Positions 1-12,581 of a stretch of 64,000 nucleotides of DNA are shown one piece after another. The notes under the pieces are model-generated. The model had not been told where the DNA came from. It worked only from the letters and a program-made list of their open reading frames with translations, and made no database searches. The DNA comes from Bryobacterales bacterium (lineage in GTDB: Bacteria > Acidobacteriota > Terriglobia > Bryobacterales > UBA6623), in contig OZ220485.1 of NCBI GenBank assembly GCA_965116065.1, positions 3,760,347-3,824,346 on the forward strand. The letters are read 5' to 3'. The position numbers were made by a program, and so were the translations under genes. The stretch's first letter is position 1. The number at the start of each line of letters is the position of its first letter.

Positions 1-238
1 CATGCTTACGGATTTCGTTGATCGTTCCGTGCGGCTCGATCAACTCGTCAGGTTCACTCCAGTCACTCGCCTCGCCCTTGGGTCTCGGCACCGGCAGTTG
101 GGTCGAACTTGGTCTCCGGCCAGGCTGCCGCCGATTCAGTGCTCGTCCGTGTTTGTCCAGCGCCCAGTGATCGCCCGGCTCTTGGTATGGCGTGTGCAGA
201 ATCCACTGATGGTTGGTACTCGAGATCTCATCAGGCAT
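1..238 (-). CDS. Partial CDS (first 79 codons, continues off the left edge): N-terminus resembling type III restriction Res-like / DEAD-box helicase proteins
   Basis: ATG at 238 on the minus strand, open to position 1. It is absent from the ORF track because there is no stop in the window. The translation MPDEISSTNHQWILHTPYQEPGDHWALDKHGRALNRRQPGRRPSSTQLPVPRPKGEASDWSEPDELIEPHGTINEIRKH follows the N-terminal pattern I recall for this family (P-[FY]-x-E-P-x-x-H-[WF], GRRxSS, P-[IV]-P-R-P-K, IN-x-IR). This is memory-based only. Confidence 0.4.
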   Translation of the reverse strand, partial: MPDEISSTNHQWILHTPYQEPGDHWALDKHGRALNRRQPGRRPSSTQLPVPRPKGEASDWSEPDELIEPHGTINEIRKH

Positions 239-882
239 GAGAATCTACTAGTTGAGCAGATTGGCTGGGGCGCATCGGTCCCAAACTCCGCACCGCCGGC
301 AGAGACCGATCGGCCCAAGCGTTCGAATGCGCCACGTTCTCGTGGGATCAGGTCAGCTACCTTCGCGGATAGAGATTCATCCTAGAATCGGACATGGAAC
401 CTCCGACACGGGGACGGAATGTGCACGGATATCACTTGGGATACAGGCGAATGAGCGAGTAGAGCGCACCTGCGCAGCGCAGGCAAACTCTACCGCGAAC
501 TTCTACGCAATGCCGACTCCTTCGACTACTCCCACAGGAAGACCCAGACCCGCTCCGAACAGCGTCGCCGACTGGTTACCCCTTCGGCACGTAGCCAGAC
601 CAAGGGATCTCGTACATTGAGGCTTGATCGCTCTCAGGAGGATGGGTCGACGGCCCGGAGATTTCCCCGAAACGGCTCTCTGGATGCATATGAACCGGAC
701 ATCGCATGCTGGTTGATGCCTCTGACCTCTTGGTCCGTGTCGCTGCTACCCGTGTTCTGCCGCGCATCTCCCAAGACGCAGCGAGGTGAATCAGCATGTC
801 CGCTACACTGAACGCAGTGTCTCCCGTGGAGTCGTTCACCTCGCATGCCGAGGCTTGATCCCCACTGACACACGGAACCATC

Positions 883-2244
883 GTGCCCAAGACCTTCTAC
901 TTGGAGACGTTCGGCTGTCAGATGAATGTCCACGACAGCGAGAAGCTCCGCAGTCTGCTTGTGACTCGCGGGTATAGCCAGGTCCAGTCTCCGGACACGG
1001 CCAGCATGCTCCTGTACAACACCTGCAGCATCCGGGACAAGGCCGAGCAGAAGGTGTTCTCCCGCCTCGGCGGTGTAAAGCGCAGCGGCTCCGCCAAGAC
1101 CATCGGGGTCTTGGGCTGCGTGGCACAGCACAACGGCGAAGGCATTTTCGACCTTGCACCGCACGTGGACTTCGTGTGCGGCTCGGCCAGCTACAACGAC
1201 TTGCCCGCCATCCTGGAAAGGGTCGAATCCGGTGAAACACGAGTCACGGGTCTGAACCTAGAAACCGACGAGACGTTCGATGTGCCCCGGACCGAGCGGG
1301 AACGGCCCTACAGCGCGTACATCACGATCATCGAGGGGTGCGACAAGTCCTGCACGTACTGCGTGGTGCCATTCACCCGGGGGCCGGAGCGCAGCCGTGA
1401 CAGCGCATCAGTCATGCGCGAGGCGCGCGAACTCTCCGACCGAGGCTACACGGAAATCACGTTGCTGGGACAAACCGTCAACAGCTACCGCGACCCTTCG
1501 CCCGCTGGCTGGAGCTTCGCCCGGCTGCTGGACGAGATCGGACATCTGCCCCGGATCCGGCGGGTGCGGTTCACCACCTCGCACCCCACCGATTTCACAG
1601 AGGACATCGTTCGAGCCATCGACGGCAATGAATCGCTCTGTGACTGGGTGCACCTCCCCGTGCAGTCGGGCGCGACCAGCGTCCTCCGGGGAATGCACCG
1701 CACCTACAGCCGGGAACAGTACTTGCATTGCATCGAGATGCTCAGGAGTGCGAACAGAACGATTGAGCTCAGCACTGACATCATCGTGGGTTTCCCGGGT
1801 GAATCCGAAGCGGATTTCCAGCAGACGCTCTCCCTGCTGGATGCGGTCGAATACTGCTCGGTCTTCTCCTTCAAGTACTCGCCACGCAAGGGCACGCCGG
1901 CCGCTGAGATGCCACAGATTCCCGAGGAAGAGAAGGCAAGGCGCCTGCGGGAGTTGCAGGAACATCAACGTCGGATCCAGTTGCGTCGGAATGCCGACCT
2001 GATCGGACGTTGCGAAGAGGTTCTTGTCGAGGGCCACAAGAAGAAGTTCAACCAGTGGGTCGGGCGCACGACCCAGAACCGTGTGCTGAACTTCACGGAT
2101 TCCTCAGCCTTGGCCGAAGGTCGCGACCTCCGTGGCAACTACTGCAACGTCCGGGTTACCGCATCCGGTCCGAATTCCCTGGTCGGCGACCTGGTGTCGG
2201 CCAATACGGAGACCGCATTCCAAGGGTTTCACGTCCTGAACTGA
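883..2244 (+). CDS. miaB: tRNA-2-methylthio-N6-dimethylallyladenosine synthase (radical SAM methylthiotransferase)
   Basis: 453 aa, GTG start. N-terminal FYLETFGCQMNVHDSE...NTCSIRDKAEQK, radical-SAM CxxxCxxC (CDKSCTYCVVP) and a C-terminal TRAM-like region. Confidence 0.9.
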   Translation: MPKTFYLETFGCQMNVHDSEKLRSLLVTRGYSQVQSPDTASMLLYNTCSIRDKAEQKVFSRLGGVKRSGSAKTIGVLGCVAQHNGEGIFDLAPHVDFVCGSASYNDLPAILERVESGETRVTGLNLETDETFDVPRTERERPYSAYITIIEGCDKSCTYCVVPFTRGPERSRDSASVMREARELSDRGYTEITLLGQTVNSYRDPSPAGWSFARLLDEIGHLPRIRRVRFTTSHPTDFTEDIVRAIDGNESLCDWVHLPVQSGATSVLRGMHRTYSREQYLHCIEMLRSANRTIELSTDIIVGFPGESEADFQQTLSLLDAVEYCSVFSFKYSPRKGTPAAEMPQIPEEEKARRLRELQEHQRRIQLRRNADLIGRCEEVLVEGHKKKFNQWVGRTTQNRVLNFTDSSALAEGRDLRGNYCNVRVTASGPNSLVGDLVSANTETAFQGFHVLN

Positions 2245-2257
2245 AAGGGAGACAACG

Positions 2258-2749
2258 ATGGCAGAGATCGAGATGAGAATCTGCGGCCTGATGATGGACC
2301 CGATCACGAACATGCCGATCGTGGTCCTGAAGGACAAGGCCAACAAGACCGTACTGCCCATCTGGATCGGTGTGTACGAGGCGAACGCAATCGCCTTGGA
2401 GATCGAGAAGGTAGCCACCCCCCGACCCATGACGCACGACCTGTTCACGAACCTGATGCAAGCGTCCGAAGCCTGGATCCAGAGAGTGGTCGTCAGCGAG
2501 CTGAAGGACGATACCTTCTTCGCCGTGATCTGGCTCCAGCAGAAGGATGGCCAACTGATGTCCATCGACTCACGACCCAGCGACGCTCTGGCATTGGCGC
2601 TCAGGATGGACTGCCCGATCTATGTCAACGAACAGGTGATTGCTTCGTCGAAACTCTCCCCAAGCCTGAACGACAAGGCCAACAGCGACGAACTGCTCAA
2701 GTGGCTGGATAACCTTGGAGAAGAGGACTTGGGTCAGTACAAGATGTGA
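2258..2749 (+). CDS. Bifunctional nuclease family protein (DUF151)
   Basis: 163 aa. PIVVLKD...VLPIWIGVYEANAIALEIEKV...RPMTHDL and SIDSRPSDALALALR are typical of DUF151. It starts 13 nt after miaB, a common synteny. Confidence 0.8.
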   Translation: MAEIEMRICGLMMDPITNMPIVVLKDKANKTVLPIWIGVYEANAIALEIEKVATPRPMTHDLFTNLMQASEAWIQRVVVSELKDDTFFAVIWLQQKDGQLMSIDSRPSDALALALRMDCPIYVNEQVIASSKLSPSLNDKANSDELLKWLDNLGEEDLGQYKM

Positions 2750-2963
2750 CCGGGATTAGCGACGGATGCGGCGAGGCTCAGATTTCCCGAGATAGGGACC
2801 ATGCCTCCTGCCTGTTCAGATCTATGCCCCCAATATCGTCCTACGCGGGCCTCTGACTGGCTTGAATTCGTGACGATCAACATCTGGGCACTTTCAGCAC
2901 CTTAAGCGTGGACGCCCAAGCTGGATCAAGCACTTTCAGATGCAGGATCAAGAGACCTCTTGG

Positions 2964-3533
2964 TTAGGAATTTCCGGTCATATTTTTGATTGAAATAGTC
3001 TTTGTATCGGGAGTTCTATCTCTCATGAATATCTCCCATTGTTCTGCATCTTTATCAATCAGAATTCGAGACTTCGAAATATAATCGTTTCCAGCCCAAA
3101 CGAGCAAGAAAGAAGCGAGTATCATGAGTTCAAGTAGCCCTAGAAAAATCCAGGTAATCCATCCTGTAATCTGGACTTGAAGGGTGACCGCTATAGTCCC
3201 ACCGACAACAACGACTAGCGCAGACCATGCCAAGATATTGGAGATCTTTCTGTCCCTCTGACCTACACCAAACACATAATCAGACAACTTACGCCATCCT
3301 AAATGGTCTGCTATGACTTTTTTGTTCTTGGCATCATTCTCAACGATTCCCGCCCAAAACGAAAGTCGTTTATAGTAATCTGACTTCTTTAGACCATTTG
3401 ATACGTTGTCCAACTTCCCCATTTTCTCGCGAGCATATTTCCTGAGTTGTGCTCGATGTTCCAATGTTTCTAATCGGAGATAAGCGAGATTTGCAGCTAA
3501 AACAAATACAGCCATATTGACTAGAGTTTGCAC
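2964..3533 (-). CDS. Hypothetical small membrane protein (island gene B), no family recognised
   Basis: 189-aa ORF in a strongly AT-rich stretch (22/60 GC by hand count for 3001-3060). Hydrophobic segments lie at about aa 98-119 and 123-146, with a weaker one at aa 4-19. GTG start at 3533 with a GAGAG about 10 nt upstream; an alternative ATG is at 3515. It lies 67 nt downstream of, and is co-oriented with, gene A. Confidence 0.6.
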   Translation of the reverse strand: MQTLVNMAVFVLAANLAYLRLETLEHRAQLRKYAREKMGKLDNVSNGLKKSDYYKRLSFWAGIVENDAKNKKVIADHLGWRKLSDYVFGVGQRDRKISNILAWSALVVVVGGTIAVTLQVQITGWITWIFLGLLELMILASFLLVWAGNDYISKSRILIDKDAEQWEIFMRDRTPDTKTISIKNMTGNS

Positions 3534-3600
3534 AGCGAATACTCTCTCGAAAGCTATGGCAGAGGTCTAGTACAGGCCATTCTCTGTTCTAGATTTGGCA

Positions 3601-4131
3601 TCAGTGCATGTCAGCCGGGACGACATCAACAGATTTGCAATCAGCCCATAGTTCCTCATATATCTTGGCCAAGTTCTTCGCACCTTCCGGATGCCCGAAA
3701 GCTGCAACAGCTGACGACTTTGTCTTGTCCTCTTCAAAGCGATAGCTGTTCTTGTCGACAACGACGAAATGAAACTGGTACCGATCCTGTACGTCTTGGG
3801 AGGCGATACGCAATTCGATACTCGATACATCGGAACATGCCTTGAATAATGGATGAATTCGTCGATCCTCGGGGATATCTTTCTCCAGAATAATCCTCAG
3901 CTTGTTATTGGCGGACGATGCTAGAAACAGCTCCGCCTCCTCGACCACCGAATTCCTTCCGTATACCCTAGCATTAAGGGAGCCTGACAGAATGTCAACC
4001 GTTCGCTCTGCATTCGCAAACAGATACTGAATGACAACAGAGGCGTGCTCAACGGATGCGTTGTAGGTCGGCGTGCCGTCTCGTCTGGATGCGAGTGACT
4101 GCACCAGTGCTCTGTACTCGGGTAGAGTCAT
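3601..4131 (-). CDS. Hypothetical soluble protein (island gene A) with PLD-like motif order but no HKD lysine
   Basis: 176 aa, ATG preceded by AAGGAA 8 nt upstream. The motif order AERTVDILSGSL / NNKLRIILEKD / SIELRIAS / FHFVVVDKNSYRFEED / AKNLAKIYEELW resembles a single phospholipase-D-like domain, but it has H-F-V instead of H-x-K. The fold assignment is a guess from pattern. Confidence 0.55.
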   Translation of the reverse strand: MTLPEYRALVQSLASRRDGTPTYNASVEHASVVIQYLFANAERTVDILSGSLNARVYGRNSVVEEAELFLASSANNKLRIILEKDIPEDRRIHPLFKACSDVSSIELRIASQDVQDRYQFHFVVVDKNSYRFEEDKTKSSAVAAFGHPEGAKNLAKIYEELWADCKSVDVVPADMH

Positions 4132-4712
4132 GCTGATGTTCCTTGCTTTCGCACAAAGTCGTGAGCCCGCATCAATCTCATGGTACGTTCTTCCACTATC
4201 GCCGGTTACCGCACGATACGATCCGCTCGTAGCCGAGACGATCCAGTTCTCACTCTGAGTGTGACAGATCCCCGTTCTCCCCGCCCTGTCGACGAAGACA
4301 CAGCGATGCGATGGTCCGGTTCAGCGCACTCAAGCCTGCGCTCCTGACGCCGTCTGATTATAGGCAACCCATTCTGAGATCGCAACTGGCGGGACAACGA
4401 GACAACCTCGAGTTGCGGCACGTCGATGCGTCCACCTTTCTGAACTCGGAGGAACATTGTCGCCGTCATAGCGCATCTGCCACTTCAAGCGTCATCGTGC
4501 ATCCGCTGCATCAGGACAACCAAGATTCGGGGAATCGCCTAGACCCAGGTTCCCGAGCCCCCGTAAATTACTCCCAAGCAACAGCTTGTGCCAGATCCAA
4601 GAAAGTCCACCCAGACGCTTGGAAGAGGCGCTGCACTCGCTCAGATGTCTCAGGATCGAGTTCGACTTCGTGACGCGCGAAGACAGCCCGTGCTGGAAGC
4701 TCCAGGGATGGA

Positions 4713-5654
4713 TCAGACTACCGGGCCGCGATGCTCGCCCAGTTCGGCGGCCCGCCGCTCGCCGTCTTCCATCACCTCACTAAGCTCCGTTCCCGCAAGC
4801 GGCTTGTAGGCCTGCACGGTCGCCACCGCCTTCTCCAGTTCGGCAACGGACTTCATGCCCATGATCGCGACCGAAAGACCCGGAATGCCCAGCGCGTACC
4901 GAACCGCACGTCCATAGTGCGGCTCGTCCGAGAGGATCGCCCCGTCACCGACAGTACCGCCAAGAATCTTCATCGCCACGACGCCAAGGCCGCGGTCCGC
5001 AGCCTCCTGGAACACCGTACCCTCGAAATCGTATATGTGACGGTCGATCGGGTTGACAGCGGCCATCACCGCCTCGACGCGTCCCGAACGGAGAATCGGC
5101 AGCGCCCGCGCAGGCCGCAAGTGGCAGGTCATCCCGATGTGGCGCACCAGCCCACGCTTCTTCAGTACTTCGAGCCCAGCGAGCGCACCGTCCTCGCCGA
5201 GCAGGACATCCAGGCTGGGAAACCGGTCGGTTCGCCCCACGTTGTGCAGGTGGACGAGATCAAAATGCCCGGCCCCTGTCTTCTGCAGGCTCTCCCGTAC
5301 CTGCCATGTGGCATCCTGCCGGGATGTCGCCTCCACCTTGGTGACCACGACGAACTTGTCCCGCTTGCCCTTGAGCGCCGGTCCCAGCCGACGTTCCGAC
5401 TGTGCATAGATCGGCGCCGTATCGAGATAGTTCACACCAAGGTCGGCCGCCGCCGCGATGACATCGTTGACCTCGGTCTGGCTGATCCCCTCGCGACCGA
5501 GCGGCGACGTGCCGATCCCTAGCACACCCACCTCCAGGCCGGTCCTGCCGAACTTCCGCTTGGCGACTGACTCAGCCCGGGCTGTGGCTCCGGCGGCCAG
5601 CACTCCGGTGATGGCGGCGGTCTTGCCGAGGTCCCTGCGAGTGATCTGTGGCAT
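4713..5654 (-). CDS. Aldo/keto reductase with twin-arginine (Tat) signal
   Basis: I chose the start at MPQITRRDLGKTAAITGVLAAGATARA because GGAGGAA lies 6 nt upstream of this ATG (5654); the track ORF extends to 5729. The body has AKR motifs (GIGTSPLG, NYLDTAPIY, HLHNV). Confidence 0.85.
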   Translation of the reverse strand: MPQITRRDLGKTAAITGVLAAGATARAESVAKRKFGRTGLEVGVLGIGTSPLGREGISQTEVNDVIAAAADLGVNYLDTAPIYAQSERRLGPALKGKRDKFVVVTKVEATSRQDATWQVRESLQKTGAGHFDLVHLHNVGRTDRFPSLDVLLGEDGALAGLEVLKKRGLVRHIGMTCHLRPARALPILRSGRVEAVMAAVNPIDRHIYDFEGTVFQEAADRGLGVVAMKILGGTVGDGAILSDEPHYGRAVRYALGIPGLSVAIMGMKSVAELEKAVATVQAYKPLAGTELSEVMEDGERRAAELGEHRGPVV

Positions 5655-5823
5655 TGGGTTCCTCCGACTCATAGTGTAGGGAATCGGCTTCCCGGATGCC
5701 CGCGGCGTGCCTGCAACCGGTCCTCGCACAGCGGTCCTTGACGATGATCAGTCCGGCGACTCCGTTCTGAACTAGAATGGGACTTGGTCGGAACACCCCG
5801 GCCCCGCTCTCGTCCAATCCTCC

Positions 5824-6399
5824 ATGGAGGCCGATCCGACCGCAGTCAGCGGGTCCCGTCCGCCTGACGTGAACGTTCTCAAGCCGACCGGCATCAATGT
5901 TCGGGTGTGGATCCGCGACATCGCCCTCTCGTTCCTGATCGCTGCCTTCGTCATCGTGTTCCTGTGTCAACCCGTCAAGGTCGAGGGCACGAGCATGCTC
6001 CCGCAACTGGAAGATGAGCAGCGGATCTTCGTCAGCAAGATCTCCTATCGCTTCGAGAGCATCGAACGGGGTGACGTGATCGTGTTCCGTTTCCCCGAGG
6101 ATCCCTCACGCTCCTACATCAAGCGCGTCGTCGGCCTGCCCGGCGACACGATCGAGATCAGGGAGGGTCAGGTCTTCATCAACGAGACCGCCTACCCCGA
6201 GCCGCACGTGCCGCCCCACTACCGGGACCAGTCCAGCCGTGCCCCCTCGGTCGTTTCGGAAAACACCTACTATGTGCTGGGCGATCACCGCAACACCTCG
6301 AACGACAGCCGCACCTGGGGTACGGTTGCCGAAAGGTTCGTTACAGGCAAGGCCGTCTTCGCCTACTGGCCTCTTGGGAAGATCGGTGTCGTCCGTTAG
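5824..6399 (+). CDS. lepB: Signal peptidase I
   Basis: 191 aa with an N-terminal TM segment. It has the catalytic box VEGTSMLPQL, GDVIVFRFP, YIKRVVGLPGD and LGDHRNTSNDSR. Confidence 0.85.
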   Translation: MEADPTAVSGSRPPDVNVLKPTGINVRVWIRDIALSFLIAAFVIVFLCQPVKVEGTSMLPQLEDEQRIFVSKISYRFESIERGDVIVFRFPEDPSRSYIKRVVGLPGDTIEIREGQVFINETAYPEPHVPPHYRDQSSRAPSVVSENTYYVLGDHRNTSNDSRTWGTVAERFVTGKAVFAYWPLGKIGVVR

Positions 6400-6417
6400 T
6401 CCGGGCTGCCACGAAGA

Positions 6418-7551
6418 ATGAGTTTTCCAGCCATACTCGCGCTCGAGGACGGACGCTGCTTTCACGGACGCGGGTTCGGAGCCCGCACCGAAGCCGCCGG
6501 GGAAGTGGTCTTCAATACCGGTCTTACCGGCTATCAGGAGATATTCACGGACCCGTCGTACAGCGGCCAGATCGTGGTCCTGACGTACCCTCACATCGGC
6601 AACTACGGCACCAACCCCGACGACAGCGAGTCCGCATGCCCGTGCATCGAGGGACTCGTCACGCGAGAGTTCTCGTCGATCGACAGCAACTGGCGGTCCC
6701 GGCAACCGGCCTCGGAATTCCTGGCATCGCGCGACATACCGGTCCTGGCCGACATCGATACCAGGGCCTTGGTACGCCACATCCGGCGGCATGGGTCTCT
6801 TCGCGGTGTTGTCTCCTCCATCGACACCAACCCCGACCGCTTGGTGGACAAGGCCAGGGCAACGCCCAGGATGGCCGGACTCGACCTTGCCAGCGGCGTC
6901 TCCACGCCCACTTGCTACCAGTGGACGGACGGCCCTCCGGATAGCCTGCCATCAGCACTGCCAGAGAACCCGGCCGAGCATTCGTTCCACGTGGTGGCCT
7001 ACGATTTCGGCATCAAGCGGAACATTCTCCGGCGCCTGGCGGCCATCGGCGCTCACGTCACAGTTGTCCCCTGCCAGACATCGGCCGAGGATGCGCTGGC
7101 GCTGCAACCCGACGGCGTGTTCGTCTCGAACGGCCCAGGGGATCCCGAACCGCTGGCGGGGCCAGCGGCGGAAATCCGCAGGCTGGCGGGACGCGTCCCG
7201 ATCTTCGGCATCTGTCTCGGTCTGCAGGTTCTCGGCCGAGCCCTTGGAGGCAGAACCTACAAGCTCAAGTTCGGGCACCACGGGTGCAATCACCCGGTCC
7301 TGAACAACCGCACCGGGAAGGTGGAGATCACATCCCAGAACCACGGCTTCGCCCTCGACCCGGACTCCCTGGACGCATCGTCGATCGAACTGACTCATGT
7401 CAACCTCAACGACCAGACCGTCGAGGGATTCCGCAGCCGCAAGGACCCGCTGTTCTGCGTCCAGTACCACCCCGAAGCCGCCCCTGGCCCCCACGATTCC
7501 CGGTACCTGTTCGACGAGTTTCGCGACCTCATGCTGGCTTCGGCGGGCTAG
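6418..7551 (+). CDS. carA: Carbamoyl-phosphate synthase small (glutaminase) subunit
   Basis: 377 aa. N-terminal [15 protein letters not shown]...[21 protein letters not shown] and the GATase triad region IFGICLGLQ...QYHPEA. Confidence 0.95.
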   Translation: MSFPAILALEDGRCFHGRGFGARTEAAGEVVFNTGLTGYQEIFTDPSYSGQIVVLTYPHIGNYGTNPDDSESACPCIEGLVTREFSSIDSNWRSRQPASEFLASRDIPVLADIDTRALVRHIRRHGSLRGVVSSIDTNPDRLVDKARATPRMAGLDLASGVSTPTCYQWTDGPPDSLPSALPENPAEHSFHVVAYDFGIKRNILRRLAAIGAHVTVVPCQTSAEDALALQPDGVFVSNGPGDPEPLAGPAAEIRRLAGRVPIFGICLGLQVLGRALGGRTYKLKFGHHGCNHPVLNNRTGKVEITSQNHGFALDPDSLDASSIELTHVNLNDQTVEGFRSRKDPLFCVQYHPEAAPGPHDSRYLFDEFRDLMLASAG

Positions 7552-7586
7552 TCACCAGCAGAGATCGCCCCCTACCAAGCCTGTCC

Positions 7587-10805
<3,219 letters not shown>

Positions 10806-10864
10806 GTGCGGCGGCCTGCAGGCGCGTCGGATCACCCGCTGCGAGTCGCTGTCGGCCGGCCCAC

Positions 10865-10870
10865 TAGAAT
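10865..10870 (+). promoter_or_regulatory. -10-like TAGAAT, 8 nt upstream of purH ATG
   Basis: It is part of the 9-mer CTAGAATGG (10864-10872), which also occurs upstream of lepB at 5772-5780. No convincing -35 is present. Confidence 0.3.
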
Positions 10871-10878
10871 GGACGCTT

Positions 10879-12429
10879 ATGGGTAGGATTCGGCGTGCGC
10901 TGCTGAGTGTCACCGACAAGACCGGTCTGGCGGACTTTGCCGGCCAACTCGCATCCTGTGGCATCACACTCGTCTCTACCGGCGGGACCGCGAGGACTCT
11001 GCGCGAGGCCGGTCTGTCGGTCCTTGATGTATCAGAGGTGACCGGATTTCCGGAGATGCTGGACGGTCGAGTGAAGACCTTGCATCCGCGGATCGCGGGC
11101 GGCATTCTGGGGATTCGTTCGAATCCCCAGCACGTCAGTGCATTGCAACAGCACGGGATTGATCCGATCGATATGGTCGTCGTCAACCTGTACGCATTCG
11201 AGGCAACGGCGGAGAGGGAGGGCGCGACATTCGAAGAACTGATCGAGAACATTGACATCGGGGGCCCGTCGCTCATCCGGGCTGCAGCCAAGAACTTCCG
11301 TGACGTCGCAATCGTGACGGACCCGGCCGACTATGAGGCCATCGCCGACGAAATCGAGACCGCTGACGAGTTGTCCGAGAGCACGCACTGGAGGCTGGCG
11401 CGCAAGGCCTTCGCAGCCACTGCTGCGTACGACCATGCGATCAGCGCCACACTTGCCGGACTGGAGCCCGGTCAGGCTCCGGGCGCGATGAAACCGGACC
11501 CTTTCCCAGCCTCCCTGGACATGCATGTGCCCAGAGCGCGAATGCTCCGGTACGGAGAGAATCCGCACCAGCAGGCAGCCCTGTATACCGACGGTCGGTC
11601 CGGCGCGGCAGGTGCGCAGCCCTTGCATGGCAAGGCACTGTCGTACAACAACCTGGTCGATCTCGATGCCTCCTGGCAGCTAGGCCTCGAGTTCGAGCAA
11701 CCAGCGGTGGCGATCATCAAGCACACCAATCCATGCGGCTGTGCGGAGGGTCCGACGCTGGCGGACGCATACCGGAAGGCGTTGGCCTGCGATCCGGTAT
11801 CGGCATTCGGCTCGGTGATCGCCACCAGTGTGGAAATCGACACCGAGACGGCCCAGGAGATGTCGAAACTCTTCGTCGAGGCGATCGCAGCGCCCGGGTT
11901 TTCCTCCGGAGCACTGGCCGTCCTTACCCGGAAGCGAAACCTGCGACTGCTGGCTATCGAGCGGTCCGCTCCCGGGACGGTACTCCGGAGCATTTCCGGC
12001 GGATACCTGGTCCAGACCGAGGACCGAGGGGAGACCAGCCCGGAACGATTCGAGGTCGTCAGCAAGCGGGGACCGACCACAACCGAGGAAAGCGCACTAC
12101 GTTTCGCATGGAAGGTGGTCAAGCACGTGAAGTCGAACGCAATCCTGTACGCAAGAGACGGACAGACGATCGGCGTCGGGGCGGGACAGATGAGCCGGGT
12201 CGACGCCGCCCGCGTCGGTGCGATGAAGGCGGTGTTGCCCCTCGAGGGGAGCGTAGTCGCGTCTGACGCCTTCTTCCCGTTCGCGGACGGTGTCGAGGAA
12301 CTCGCGCAACGCGGCGCGACAGCCGTCATTCAGCCGGGCGGGTCCAAGCGCGACGCCGAGGTCGTCGAAGCGGCAGATCGTCTGGGATTGGCGATGATCT
12401 TCACCGGAGTGCGACACTTCCGGCACTGA
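10879..12429 (+). CDS. purH: Bifunctional AICAR transformylase / IMP cyclohydrolase
   Basis: 516 aa. RRALLSVTDKTGLADFA, GGTARTL, VKTLHPRI...VVNLYAF and the C-terminal GGSKRD...FTGVRHFRH. Confidence 0.95.
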   Translation: MGRIRRALLSVTDKTGLADFAGQLASCGITLVSTGGTARTLREAGLSVLDVSEVTGFPEMLDGRVKTLHPRIAGGILGIRSNPQHVSALQQHGIDPIDMVVVNLYAFEATAEREGATFEELIENIDIGGPSLIRAAAKNFRDVAIVTDPADYEAIADEIETADELSESTHWRLARKAFAATAAYDHAISATLAGLEPGQAPGAMKPDPFPASLDMHVPRARMLRYGENPHQQAALYTDGRSGAAGAQPLHGKALSYNNLVDLDASWQLGLEFEQPAVAIIKHTNPCGCAEGPTLADAYRKALACDPVSAFGSVIATSVEIDTETAQEMSKLFVEAIAAPGFSSGALAVLTRKRNLRLLAIERSAPGTVLRSISGGYLVQTEDRGETSPERFEVVSKRGPTTTEESALRFAWKVVKHVKSNAILYARDGQTIGVGAGQMSRVDAARVGAMKAVLPLEGSVVASDAFFPFADGVEELAQRGATAVIQPGGSKRDAEVVEAADRLGLAMIFTGVRHFRH

Positions 12430-12581
12430 ATGGTCGGCGATTCGGCAACCATCTACGGAGTGCTTGGATCACTTGGTTGGGAGATGCACCTGCAGTGTCG
12501 ATCCCCATCGACGCATCCTCTTGTGCGCCTTCTGGATCGCTGAGTTGTGACTCTCCCGGATGCCACGCCCTTCGGTCTGCG

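Noticed and set aside
400-620. A possible tmRNA: a GGGGACGGAA-type 5' end near 410 and an 'ANSTANFYA' tag-like peptide near 482-514.
   Set aside because: There is no UUCGAC acceptor-proximal motif, no tag ending in ALAA plus a stop, and no tRNA-like 3' end (T-arm/CCA) anywhere nearby.
4499-4720. A plausible-looking minus-strand peptide (...RHEVELDPETSERVQRLFQASGWTFLDLAQAVAWE*) just downstream of the AKR stop.
   Set aside because: The frame opens right after an in-frame TAG. It has no ATG, GTG or TTG start before the last third, so it is not an intact gene. It is kept only as a possible relic in the findings.
7284-7586. An upstream extension of the carB ORF (101 extra codons) that overlaps carA.
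   Set aside because: The extension is Pro/Arg-rich nonsense. The canonical CarB N-terminus ([22 protein letters not shown]) begins at ATG 7587, just after the carA stop.
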